DNA of 61,477 bases, the filler included, from Vannella sp. (Eukaryota), in NCBI GenBank assembly GCA_023345925.1. It is 4 parts of 4 records of this genome, joined end to end, with 100 filler letters (N's around TTAATTAATTAA, not from the genome) between each part and the next. Parts side by side here need not be neighbours in the genome. Positions count along the whole stretch, not along the records: positions 1 to 21,223 come from JAJQQN010000895.1; 3 more parts are not named here. One strand, 5' to 3'. The notes below the pieces were generated by a model, which saw only the letters and a program-made list of their open reading frames with translations, was not told the DNA's origin and did no database searches. This document shows, one piece after another, positions 1 through 11,901 of the stretch. How positions within the stretch are numbered: the first letter of the stretch is position 1; the number at the start of each line of letters is the position of its first letter. A program made the position numbers and the translations under genes.

Positions 1-372
1 TTGTGATGTTGTTTGAAGGGCGGGACCCTTCCAGTGGGCTAAAACAGCTTCCATACGAGGGACAAGGAGGAAAACATCAACGTTTGGCGACAGTCTGATG
101 AGAACTCCTTCTCCTTCGAGGATCCATTCATTCGCTGAAGACCGAAGGATCCAAGTATTAGCAGACATATCCTGATGGAGTGGGGTGACTTGAACCAGCT
201 CATGTTTCGAGAAAGAGTCCGAGATCGACAAGGGACCGTCTCCTGCGGACCAAAGAAGAGTTCTCTCCGCATCAAAGAAGACCGCTTCTCCACGTACATC
301 GAACACATACTGGTGCTGCTGCTCTCCCAACACAGAGACAAACAGGGTGAGGAACACCAAAGACACGAACAT
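1..372 (-). CDS. Secreted protein of unknown function, 3'-partial (runs off the window start)
   Basis: ATG at 372 opens a stop-free frame to position 1: MFVSLVFLTLFVSVLGEQQHQYVFDVRGEAVFF..., with a hydrophobic N-terminal signal peptide. It is absent from the ORF track because there is no stop in the window. Confidence 0.6.
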   Translation of the reverse strand, partial: MFVSLVFLTLFVSVLGEQQHQYVFDVRGEAVFFDAERTLLWSAGDGPLSISDSFSKHELVQVTPLHQDMSANTWILRSSANEWILEGEGVLIRLSPNVDVFLLVPRMEAVLAHWKGPALQTTSQ

Positions 373-689
373 CAGCCCTCGAAAAAAGTGTAAAATGCGC
401 CACGACGATCTCGATTTTTTTCCTTGAAGCCGTGTACGGCCTTGTTCCGGCTCCGAAACCCGGTCACTGAGAAAGAATTAGTGGAGTCAAGTCAATTTAT
501 GTGTGCTGTCAACGAATTGCGTTTTGGGATGATGAGCAAAAAGAGAAAATTCTGGGAAAGGAGACTTTTTTGTGTACATCGGCTGGTCGCTTTTGGGTTC
601 GCTTCCACCCCTCTGCTGTTTGCTCTCGTGTCGAAACTGTTGACCCTGTAAATGTGTCTCGAATGTGGTTACGGATTTGATCCATTCCA

Positions 690-2118
690 ATGCGGGTCGC
701 CTTTGAAGGATGCGCGCACGGGGAATTGGAAGCCATCTATGGCTCGTTGCAGGCGGTGGAACAGAAGCATGGTATCAAGATTGACTTGCTGGTGTGCTGT
801 GGGGACTTCCAAGCGGTGCGGAATGAGACGGATCTGGACAGTTTGGCGTGTTCGGCGAAGTATCGAACGATGAACTCGTTCTACAAGTACTACAGCGGCG
901 AACTTGTCGCTCCTATCCTTACGGTCTTCATTGGTGGAAACCATGAAGCCGCCAATCACTTGTACGAGCTCCCTTTCGGTGGATGGGTCGCCCCCCGCAT
1001 CTTCTACTTGGGACATGCAGGGAGCGTCCTCTTTGGGCACCTGCGCATATCAGGTATCTCAGGCATCTACAAGGACTATGACTACTTCAAGCGTAATGAT
1101 CCGTGCACGGGAGAACCAAGCGCTGCTGACCATTCTTGCAGCCCATTGGGAGCGCCCACCCTTTACAGAGAAGAGTATCCGGTCAGTATATCACCAGAGG
1201 AGTGTTGATGTCCTTCGACTATCAAAGGTAGCTCATCTCGGCCCCTTGAGGTCACAGGAAGGGAAACTGACACCTTTTGAAGCTCCCGAAGCTTGGAGTT
1301 GACATCTTCCTGTCTCACGACTGGCCCGTTCACATCACTCAGCATGGAGACCAACAACAGCTACTTCGAGTAAGTCTCAGACTCGCAGATTCGTTACTAA
1401 CGGAAGCTCTCAGTACAAAAGCTACTTTACCGAGGACATTCAGGCGGGAAGACTTGGTAGTCCAGCAGTTCAGCACCTTCTAGAGCATCTTCAACCTTCC
1501 TTCCAGTTCGCAGGACATCTCCACTGCCGATTTCCAGCGGTGGTCCGTCACGAAGGTGGCAATTTGACCAAGTTCTTGGCTTTGGACAAAGTCCTTCCCA
1601 ATCGACACTTCCTGCAAGTTCTGGAATTCACTCCTCCTGAAGCTGAGAGTCAGACGGTGTTGGAACTTCGCTACGATCCGACTTGGTTGGCCATTCTTCG
1701 AATAACGCATGTTTTGGACTCGCAGCGTTTTGCTCAAGCCCCTCCTGAAGGTATTGAGGAGACTCAGCCTTCTATTGAAGACATTCAATTTGTAAAGGAT
1801 CGCTACAAGCAAGTCTACCAACGTGAGGACTTGGTGATTCCCGATAACTTTACCCGAACCCAACCTGCTTTCGTTCCTGATGCTCCAAGAGCACCTTCCA
1901 ATGTCCCTTCCTATGGCCAAACGAACGAATTGATGTCCTTGCTTGAGTTGGACAACCTGTTCCATGCCTCTCCTCAAAACAATGTCCCCAACTTTGCCCC
2001 AACAGGCAGCGATTCCTCTATGCCCTGCTCTGCTTCCCCAAGAGACACCTACTCCTCTGTGCCCAGTGTTGTTGATAACCCGGAAGAGATTGAACTGGAC
2101 TTGGAAGACGACGAATAG
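690..2118 (+). CDS. DBR1: RNA lariat debranching enzyme (metallophosphoesterase), 4 exons
   Basis: Motifs [44 protein letters not shown] and [17 protein letters not shown] introns at 1093-1141, 1228-1282 and 1370-1413 restore one frame. Confidence 0.95.
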
Positions 2119-2180
2119 GCTTCAACAGGAAAGGAGGCCACTGACTTTTCAATCGAAAGAAGGAAGCTTTACTGATCACC

Positions 2181-5008
2181 TTAGCCCATAAAGTTGGCGA
2201 GAAGCTCTTGAACTTTGGGAAGGACTTCGGGATCTTCCTTTTTGCATTCCCGCCAGATCCTTTCGGCCACTTCCGGATCGCAATTCCGGATTTCCTTGGC
2301 GGCGATGGTTGCTGCTTGTACAAAGGCCCTTTAGACAAGTGCATTTGTTAGTAGAAATCCAATATTCTCACGTTTTTCCCTTACCCAACGCGAACAAAGA
2401 AGTCCAGTCGTACCAGTGGATCGGCAATCTTCGGAATGTACTTCACAGCTTGGTCGATCTCGTCCTTCTCAAGGCAAACCTCTGCGAAAGGCTAGCAAAA
2501 GAGATTAGACCCCTTTCTACTAGAACAGTCGAATGGACGTACAGCGTAGCCTACGGGCGATTTCTTGTCCTTAGAAAAAGCGAACAAAGCGTCCCAGTCT
2601 GGAATAGAAGCCAAAGCCCGGATGGTAATCCACCAGAATCGGTTATCTGGCACAGAAAAGGTCTCTTGGACCTGGCGAGCTTGCTTTGAGGCACCGATTC
2701 TGATCAAATGGAAGATAGTGTCGGAGACACTCTTTCCCACAAACTGCAAGTTGACGTCTTTCTTGAGGGAGTTGTCGAGAGACTTCTGCAATTGCAATAA
2801 AGTGGCTTGCTCTTGCGCCAAGGATCGCTCAAACGCCTTCTCCTTGTTGGAGGCCAGTTCCCCAGCTAATCTCTCAAAGCCCTCAATCTTTCCGGGCAGA
2901 GTTGGTTGCTGGTAAGCAGAAGTGAACTTGTGTAAGAAAGCGCGGTCATCAAGATGGCCAGTGGCATAAATCTCTGGGAGGAGAGCTGGTTCTTGCTCCT
3001 TGCAGTAAGCAATAAACAAGTCAAGGGCTTCTGGTTGCTTGGAAATAGTCCGAATCATTTCATCCACGTTCTTTGTCCTCTTTAAATGCAACAGAACAAG
3101 ATAGACTGGCGCCCCAACGATGTGAATGGGGGCAATCTCACTTAAAAAAGAGGAGGAACTTACTCAAGTCCGTGTCTCCGCTCTCGATGGCCTTCCGGAG
3201 TGCGAGTTCATCTTGAGTCATGTAAATCAGCAATGGGACTTGGTCAGCTGCACGAGGCTCATAATCCAACAACTAACGCTCGTTAGTCTTCCGTAGAATC
3301 TGGAAGATATAAAAGAACTCACACTCGTAGCTAACCGTGAGCGGCCATATTTGTAGGCGGCAGAAGCTATTTCAGCATAGGAAATGCCAGGAATGGGCTG
3401 CAACTTGGACACAACAGTGTAGAGAATGTCATCGTCTCCCAAGTCCAGCCGCTTCACCTTCGAACAAGCCCAATGGACCAGCACCTGGTCCGGCTTAATC
3501 TTCAAGTACTTGCAAATAGAAAACGCAAGCACGTGCTGATGGCGGTTCACCAAGTGGTCAATCACAAGCCGAGGAGTGAGTTGCTTGAATTGGTCATAAG
3601 TGATGGGAATCCCCACAGACTCATCCCGCAGGGCGTTAAGCACCCGAATGACCTTGCACATGTTGACAAAGTAGTCTGGAGAGTAGAATTCAACAAAGGA
3701 CTTGCCAAAGGAGGCAGCATTCAAGAGCTTCTGCTGCGTCACATGAGAGATCTCGTACCCAGCTGCTTCAATACACTTCTTGACGGCCACAGCCAAGTCC
3801 CCTTGGATGCGGCGAATGAATTCGTCGGCTTGCGGGGACTCTTCTTGGAAGAACCGAGCGGCATCATACAGAATCGCTGACGGTTGGGTGGAGCCTAGTT
3901 GTAGAGTGTCTACTGTGACACAAGGTACGAGTTGCCACCACTCGCACTCGCTCTGAGAGATGATACGAAGCCCGTCCATTTCAGGGACGAGGAAGAGAGG
4001 CTCGTAGTAGTTGTAGTTCAGGTAGGAGTTCTGTGGACCCACCATGAGGAGAAGGTGCTTCCCATCAGCACCCATCTCCCACAAACACACCACAGAGTCG
4101 CCTCCACACCACGCCAGCTCCTTGGGGACGACCTGAGACTCTGTGGCGAAGGTGTGGCAGACTCCTTGGAAGTCAGGAGGTGTAATGAACACGCTACCAC
4201 TTGCTGTGTAACACGCCAGCATGTTTCCAAGAGGCGACAAGCTCATCTTAAGGAAAGGGCCTTGCACCAAGAACGGGTCCACTGGAGGGTTGTTCACGTC
4301 CACTACGAGGATAGTCCCTGTCTCTGTAGCCACCAGAACTTGTATCTGGCGTGTGGGAGAGAAGCGAGGCTCAATGATGGTCCAGGAAGGAGGCGAAGCA
4401 GTGAGAGGGGGACAGTTCATGGGAATAGGCTGCGGATCCTCCAGGTCCTGCACCACGAAGAAGTTCAAGTGATTGCTCATCACTACGATACCATTGCCCC
4501 ACATACGAGCCTCGAAGATGCCCTGCGCTTTGACCTGCTTGCCCATGGAGAACTGGTTGGTCAGTTCGCCAAAGATAGTGAAGATCAGCACCGCGCCGTC
4601 GCTTTGAAGGATGCAGAGTTGCTCTGAAGAGCTCCACCCCATCATCATGACATCCCCTCTCTCCCACTGAGCAAGAGAAGCCACCGTGAGTGAATCGAAG
4701 GAGGAGAACGGACTTGGATCTCACCAGGAAGCTGGAGATGAGCTGCCCAGCAGAAGAGAAGATGTCAATCGATGGCATAGACTCTGCTGTGCGTCCCAAG
4801 ACCTTTCTGTTGACGATACGAGCCACAGCTGCAAGAAGCGAGAGTGCGTCAGCGCCATCCCCAACACTGAGCCTCCCTTCCTACCAATAGGACCGCCAAA
4901 CGGTGCTGCCGCATGCGTGCAACGAAACAGATCCACGTCCCACCCCATCGAGTACAAATGGCGCTTCCTGTAGAAGCGATCCGAAAGGGCCCGCCAGTCC
5001 TCGTCCAT
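2181..5008 (-). CDS. VPS16: HOPS/CORVET subunit Vps16, 7 exons
   Basis: N-terminal [20 protein letters not shown], plus [32 protein letters not shown] and [10 protein letters not shown] motifs. Six GT-AG introns join the ORF fragments. Confidence 0.95.
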
Positions 5009-5095
5009 CGCCCCCAAACAATGCCTTTCCCCCCTCCCTCGGCCTTCTCCACCACGGTACTCCCTCTTCCCTTCATGAATGTGGTGAAAAGGAGT

Positions 5096-7298
5096 CTATT
5101 CGTCGTCCCCCTCGTCCCCTTCCTCGTCCTCTCCCTCTTCTTCTTCCTCTTCCTCCGCGTTTTGAAGGAACTCGATAAAGTCGGCGCACTGAGACCCTTG
5201 GGGATGAGAGAGATGCAAAGGAGAGAGAGGAAAGGGAAAGGCTACTCACTTGGAGAAGAAGTTGGCAATCGCCTTCGCCAGCATCTTCGTGTTCCCGGGC
5301 CCACTTTAAGATGGCTTCTTCGGAGATGGTCTCTCGGTCATACAACTGCCAGAGAATGGCTTTGAAGAAAGCAGCCCACTCTGCGCCGCGATCACTTTCG
5401 CAAAACTCTTGAATGGCAAAGATCAATTCCTCCTCGTCCGTCACCGAAGGTAGATACTGGCTTATCATCTCTGCATAGAACTCCAAGGTAGACACCAGCT
5501 CTTTCATATTACCCTTCGCTGCCATCATCATCACGGGCACCAAGGCGGAGGCGCAATCTCCCCAGTTGCAATCGTGGGAGTATTTGATGGAGTTAATCTG
5601 CAGGGATAGCTCCTTTGGCTGTTGCTTCTGTACAAACCCATTAAAGGCTACGTCGTAGATGTCTTGCTGGAAGCGCTCTGTCTGATTGACCACCTCGTTA
5701 GTGTTTTCCTGGGCCTGGTTCAACTGCAGATGTTCCCTTGCTTCGTAGGGATTGAAATCTATTCATCCATCTGTTGTTAGGAAGTCGAGAAGGCTATTCG
5801 GGAGGCAGAGAGTGCATACTTAGAGAGTTGGTAGGATCCCCTTCGTCATAGCACCAGCGGAACCCTTTGCCCCCTTCTCCGATGTCAATAGGCTCTGTGG
5901 GATTCTTAAAGTCATTGAACTTGAGAAGGTTCTTCACTGTAATCTTTGTCTGTGGCTCCAAAACCGTATCGGGCCCAAGGGTGCAATCAAAGGAGAGAAT
6001 ACATCCAGAAGACACTTTGCAGCCACTCTTAACAGTCGCACGGCAGCACACAATGGAATCCACAATCGAACACCCGTCCTCAACGACGACGTTATCCCAT
6101 AAGAAAGAGTTTGTAATGGTGACCTGGTTGCCAATGGTGCAGTTTCGGCCAATAACCGAGTTCTTGAGAACAGAATCCTCCCCCACACTCGTTCCAGAGC
6201 CCACCACAGTTCCACGCTGAATCTGAGAAGTTCTATCCAGTTGAACTCCTTGTTCCATGTAGATATTGGGCCGGGTGTAAGAGTAAGAGCTCTGATCCCA
6301 CATAAATCCGCTGATGTTGCTGTCAGGCACTAGCGGGAACGACCACCGGCACACAATATCCCGGCTAATAGCCGCGTAGGTATTGAGACTCCTCACTCGC
6401 GCAGCGTACTCATCCTCAAGCACCTGAACGTGAACCTTATAGTTCAAGATCTCACTTTCCAGGATCCCCAAAATGAAGTCCTTGCGCAGGTCCCTCCAAT
6501 CGAACTCATCCTGGAACACATTAATCACATCGGCGGAGCAAAGGTCGATGTGACAGTCGAAAAGGTCATAACGCAACTCGATTTCGCCCTTTTCCTTGAA
6601 AAGCTCGTGTTGGACGTTCACTTCAGCGGAGGAGCTGTTGTCCAAGTGAAGTAGCTGGTGAGTTTGCTTCCTTAGAGCGACAATGGTGGTGTCCTCTCCC
6701 GCTCGGGACCGATGATGAGGAGAAGCCTTCTTGAAAACAGAGCTCATGAGGACTGTCTTGTCCTTCTTGCGGATCTGGTGATGGCGTAGGAATGCCTTCT
6801 GAAGGTCCATGTTGGAGACAACATCTCCACTGATCAGGACAAAGTCAGAGTCGATCTCTCCTTCGTCGAACTGACGGAGGGCCTCTCCCACGCTATCCAC
6901 GGCAGCAGAGCGGAAGATGATTTTCAGGGTGCTCAACTTGGCCCAGTAAGTCTTGCTGAAGCACGGGGAAGGGTCAGCGAAGGCAAAGTTGAAGTTGGAA
7001 GGGAACAAACCTGATGTGCTCCTCGATCTGAGCAGCGAAGGCACAACTGAAGATGTAGATCTTTGTAATACCATTGGATACCAGGAACTCTAAGGTATAG
7101 TGGATCATGGGGTTGTTCACCAACGGGCAAAGCACCTAAAGCGAGAACTCCCCTTCAGTTCTCCCACTCCCCGCCTCTCTCGATGCCCCTTACACGCGGA
7201 ATCTCCAAGGTGATAGGTGTGAAGCGGTTATCAAACGAATCAGCCATGATAATGGCCGTCTCCAAGCGAACCTCGCCCTCCTCCTTGGTCGCTGGCAT
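5096..7298 (-). CDS. EIF2B5: Translation initiation factor eIF2B epsilon subunit
   Basis: AIIMADSFDNRFTPIT NTP-transferase-like N-terminus, DFVLISGDVVSN, hexapeptide left-handed beta-helix, W2 domain (LYDRETISEEAILKW) and an acidic tail. 4 introns. Confidence 0.92.
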
Positions 7299-7369
7299 GA
7301 GGGAAGAGAGAAATGAAGGCTTGGCCGAGCCGAAGGGTTTATGTACAGAGGGGGCTTGTTGGGGGTGGG

Positions 7370-8777
7370 CTAAAGAGAGTTGGAACGCATCCGGAAGGCG
7401 CGAGTGGTCTGGGCGCGGTCCTCGAAGAGGTTTGGGTCGAAATGGTGGCGTTGGTGCAAGGGTATGAGAGCTCTTCGGAGGGAGGGTGCTGTATGGAGGA
7501 GTTCTATCTCTCTAAAGTCGAACAGTGGTGGGAGTGGACTGTACGGGGTGAGAAGGAGGAGAAGGGGGGAGGGAGAAAGCGATCGTACCTGCCATTGGGG
7601 TGCATGAACCCTTCTCGCCGCAGATCATCGAAGAAGGGATGAGCACAGATCTGTAGAGGGTGGATGCGATCCTGTGGTTTGTACACGAGCATGGCGCCAA
7701 GCAGATCGAGGCCATGATCATCAAGGTTGGGGAAGATGTCAGCCAGTGGCTGTGTTAGGATGTCTGGGAAGTCTTCGTCCAGTCTAGGGTTCATGCTTTG
7801 GAGCTCCTCTCGAGTGGGAGTGCCGATGATTTGGAAGATCTCTGCGATTTGACCGATTGCGTCCTCCCCTGCAAAGAGAGGGACACCGAGGAGCATTTCA
7901 GCGAATACACAGCCGACACTCCAGATGTCTAGAAGGTAGATCAGTCTCCAGCGCAAGGAAGATCGCCCGTCTTCTCACCAATGGCTGTTGAGTAGTTCTC
8001 GGAGCCAAGGAGAAGCTCAGGGGCACGGTAGTAACGAGAGCATATGTAAGAGATACTTCGTACGGACGGAGTCAGCTCCTTTGCACTCCCAAAGTCGCAG
8101 AGCTTGAGAACACCAGCGACATGATCGAGTAGAATGTTCTGCGGTTTGATGTCACGGTGACAGATGCCAAGTTGGTGTAGATAGTTCACGCTTCGTGCTA
8201 GTTGATAGATGTACAACTGCACAGCAGCCTGATCGTGAGTCTATAGCGATCAACGGCCTATGCGCGTTTGCCGTACCTTGGGGAAGACAAGAGGAACGCG
8301 CGGAGTAGTACGATGAAAGTTCTTGAAGACAGAGTGGACCGTTTCGGGCATGTACTCGAGTACAAGGTAAAGAACTGTTTGGGTGTCCTTCTCTTTCGTT
8401 AGGATCAGGGAGGAAGCAGAAGGGCGATAGCCATTGCCTTACTTCTGTAGCAATAAAGTCTTCGTGGAGTCTCACTATGTTGGGGTGATCCAGAAGGCGC
8501 ATGATCTCTCTCTCTCGGTTCTGAAAAGGGCGATCGATGAGTCCTACTACGTCATGCGAGTGCGTGCATTCCCACCCTGAAAGCTTGATCTTGTAGCACT
8601 CGTTTGATAGCAACAAAGCCAGCACCATCCCGAGCGTGGCATTTATACACCGTTCCAAAGGAACCACTCGCAATGATTCTCCAGCCCCGGTACCCATTCA
8701 TCTCGACATCTGTCCCTCTTCCTTAGCACCAACCCCACCGGCCACCACCGCTTACCCTCATCAAAAGGGTCGGCCAT
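7370..8777 (-). CDS. GSK3/shaggy-like Ser/Thr kinase
   Basis: [42 protein letters not shown] and the GSK3 signature [13 protein letters not shown]. About 6 GT-AG introns. Confidence 0.92.
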
Positions 8778-8937
8778 CCGCCCCACGCCAAAGCCAAAGT
8801 GCAACCAACAAATACCTCCACCGCCCCTCCCCTGATTGGTGGATCGGGAGATCGACATCTCTTTGGGTCAAATCAATGCCGGCTGGGTCTGAGTCTCCTT
8901 TATGGGGATCTGGGAGGTTCTGGGGAATCATTTTTTA

Positions 8938-9999
8938 ATGGGCTGGTTGAGCCCAAAAGCGCGGCGGGTGCTGATCTCCTTCTTGTTATGTATTCAGTGC
9001 GTGTTTAGTCGGGTTGCTTGGTTGTTGGGACCGGTTTGTGTGGTTGTGGCGTTTGTGTTGATCTTTGGGATCACGTTTGTGCATGTCAGCACTGTCCTTC
9101 CGCACTATTGCTCTGGCTCGTACTTTGGGTTGCCTTCGGCGCTTCACATTATCTTCTCCGCTTGGATGGCGTTCAACGTTCCATTTAACTACTTGATGTG
9201 CATCTTCACTCCTCCTGGGAGTCCCCCAAAGGTAGGAAGGAAGGAGCATTCGGCCGCCCAAATGTCTCATCTTCTCCTCTCTCTCAGGGCCCTGTCGATG
9301 TCAGTCAGATGACCGAAGACGAGGAGTGGGACTACTGCAAGCGGTGTGAATCGATCAAGCCTGATCGTGCGCACCACTGCACTGTATGCAACCGCTGCGT
9401 GCTCCGGATGGATCACCATTGCCCTTGGATGGCCAACTGCGTCGGCCACTACAACTACAAGTACTTTGTACTCTTTCTCCTGTACATGACGCTCAGCTGC
9501 ATCTATGTCACGACTGTCACTGGCCTCCCCACGGAATACGGAGGTTTGCCCTCTCGCCTGACTGTTCCCTACATCGGGAGAGGGGCGGTGGAGTTCTCTA
9601 TGATCATCTGTTGCTCCATAGCTGTAGCAGTAGGTGGAATGCTGCTCTGGCATCTCTTCTTGATCGCCACGCAGCAAACAACCATCGAATTCTACCAGAA
9701 CTCCGTCATGAGAGGCGAGGCAGCTAAGCAGGGCCTTGTACGTTACTAACAGAGATTCAAGTAGTACTAACAATACCTTAGCGTTGGGTTAATCCCTACG
9801 ACATTGACCTGAAGAGGAACTTTGATGGCGTGTTTGGGCATAACAGGTTCGTACCTCCCTTCTGCGGACTTTCACACCTTACAGAGTGAGTAGCATGTGG
9901 TGGCGCTGGCTGATGCCTTCTGTGAAGCCCCCGCCGGGTAACGGAATGGTGTTTATGACGAAAGACAACATTCGCCTGGAAGGGACATTGGAAGTATAA
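8938..9999 (+). CDS. DHHC protein S-palmitoyltransferase
   Basis: CKRC...KPDRAHHCTVCNRCVLRMDHHCPWMANCVG, TTIE and NPYD motifs with transmembrane segments. 3 introns. Confidence 0.93.
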
Positions 10000-10045
10000 A
10001 GGTCTCTGGGCCACTAAATGGGCGTACCAGGCGACTCTCTTTGAT

Positions 10046-11830
10046 TTAGTGATGAGAAACGTACTTCTTCTTGTTGGGCTGCGTGTCAGGAGGAAGAATG
10101 TCGGGGAAAGTCATGTCCTTGAGACTTTCAGTGATCTCTGCCATCGTCTCGAGCAAGCCCAGCTCAGCCCAGAGGTCGTTACCCACCGCTGTGTTCTCCT
10201 TCACACCGTGCATAGTGGAGGGTCTCTTGCCGTAGGCGTAAAGGTTAACATCGACGCCAGTGTGGCCCGGTGTGGTCCATCCAACCAATGCTCTGTGAGA
10301 AAGGACGGAGCCAATGGAAGTGTGCAGCTCCCGCAGCTTGTTGTCGGCCATCTCCACGTTGTTCATGATGAAGGCAAACTCCTTAGGGCCCAATTGGATG
10401 CCTCCGTACTCCAACACGGTGGCATTCAAAGTGTCCATTCCCTCAGCGACGATCTTCTCCGCCATGATCTCGCACGACATGGATTGCTGGTCATGTGAGT
10501 ATAAGGCGGTGCTACCATCAGGGAAGGGCTAACATACCCCCAAGAGGAGCTCAGGATACCACATGTACGGGTCGGGGTAGCTCCCATTGAAGAGTCCCTG
10601 TCCAGTAGAGATACCTCCAGTAGCATGGTCTGCCACAGAGATGACATAGGTGTTTGGATGCTCATCCACATACCGCTTGACAGCAGCAACAGTGGACTGG
10701 TACTCCATGATCTCGAGATAGTGCGAGTAGGCGTCGTGCGTGTGGGCCGCCATGTCGATCCTTCCTCCCTCAATCATCAAGAAGAAGGGCTCAGCCTTGT
10801 CTTTGAGGAGGTCCAGGGCCTTCACAGCCATCTCCGTCAAAGAAGGCTCCTTCACTGGGTTCTGGTGTTGGCGATCGAGTTCATAGCTCATGTGGCTGGG
10901 TGCAAATAGGCCGATAGCTGGCAGAGTGATCTTCTCCTTGAACTCTATCGAAGTGTGAGAGCTGCTCCCCTCTCACCCGTCCCGCGTACGCTGAAGAGAG
11001 GTCAAAGTCTGGTATCCACGTTGCCGCATCACTTCAAGGAGATCCTGGCCATCATGACGGTTCCGGTACTGGTTCAGCCCTCCGCCAAAGAGGAGATCGA
11101 CTTCCTGGAGCTTTGCCTGCTGATCAGCGATGTCATCTTCGTAGTCTCGATCGGACATGTGCGAGGAGAAGGATGCAGGAGTAGCGTGAGTGATACGAGC
11201 CGTTGTTACGATCGCAGTCACCATTCCTAGCTTCTTTGCAGCCTCCATGGCGGTCCCTCTGGCCTTGATATCATCATCAACGGCAATAGCATTGTTGTAG
11301 GTCTTGATCCCGCATGAGTAAGCAGTGGCTCCTGCTGCACTATCTGTAATCAGACTACCTAAAGGTGAGCGACGACACTCTCCGCAAGGGGACGCCGTAC
11401 CTCATCGAGGAGTACGTTCGGACGTTCCCCACAAGCATTGTATCGAGCTCCAAGAGCGGCTGGTCACTAATCTTCTTGCCTGCCGTAGCAAACGCTCTCG
11501 CAAAGGTCTCACTGGCTGTGCGCGAGTGAGAAGGAGGAACGAAAGGAGCAAACCGGCTCCTTACCAGGACTGAACCCGTCGCTTATCATGAAGATGACGC
11601 TGGGGCGGCCCTCATCAGCAGGATGACGAGATTCCCTGTTCAGTACAAAGAGAACAGAAAGCCCTGCAATAGTGCAAAGGAGCAAAAGAGCGAGCGCCAC
11701 AGCCACGAGGATGTTCCTCCTAGAAGAGCTGTAGCTGGTGAGCCTCGTAAGCCACTTGCTCCACACACAAGAGCGTTTACCTCTTCAGAATAGGCTCCTC
11801 AAGGCGGTCCTCGTCAGCGAAGCCGTCCAT
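10046..11830 (-). CDS. Type II membrane alkaline phosphatase (Pho8-like)
   Basis: N-terminal TM helix, VIFMISDG, catalytic TDSAAGATA, ITHATPASF, FFLMIEGGRIDMAAH, ADHATGG and GHTGVDV motifs. Several GT-AG introns. Confidence 0.93.
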
Positions 11831-11901
11831 CTCAGAAGGAGAGAAAAGTTGTGGCTTTGTAAGTTTATCATAATCACGTTATTATTATGTAGTCGTTGCC
11901 A

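Noticed and set aside
5098..5157. Purine/pyrimidine-skewed low-complexity tracts (also 33718-33760)
   Set aside because: They encode acidic Glu/Asp stretches of eIF2B-epsilon and Tfc4.
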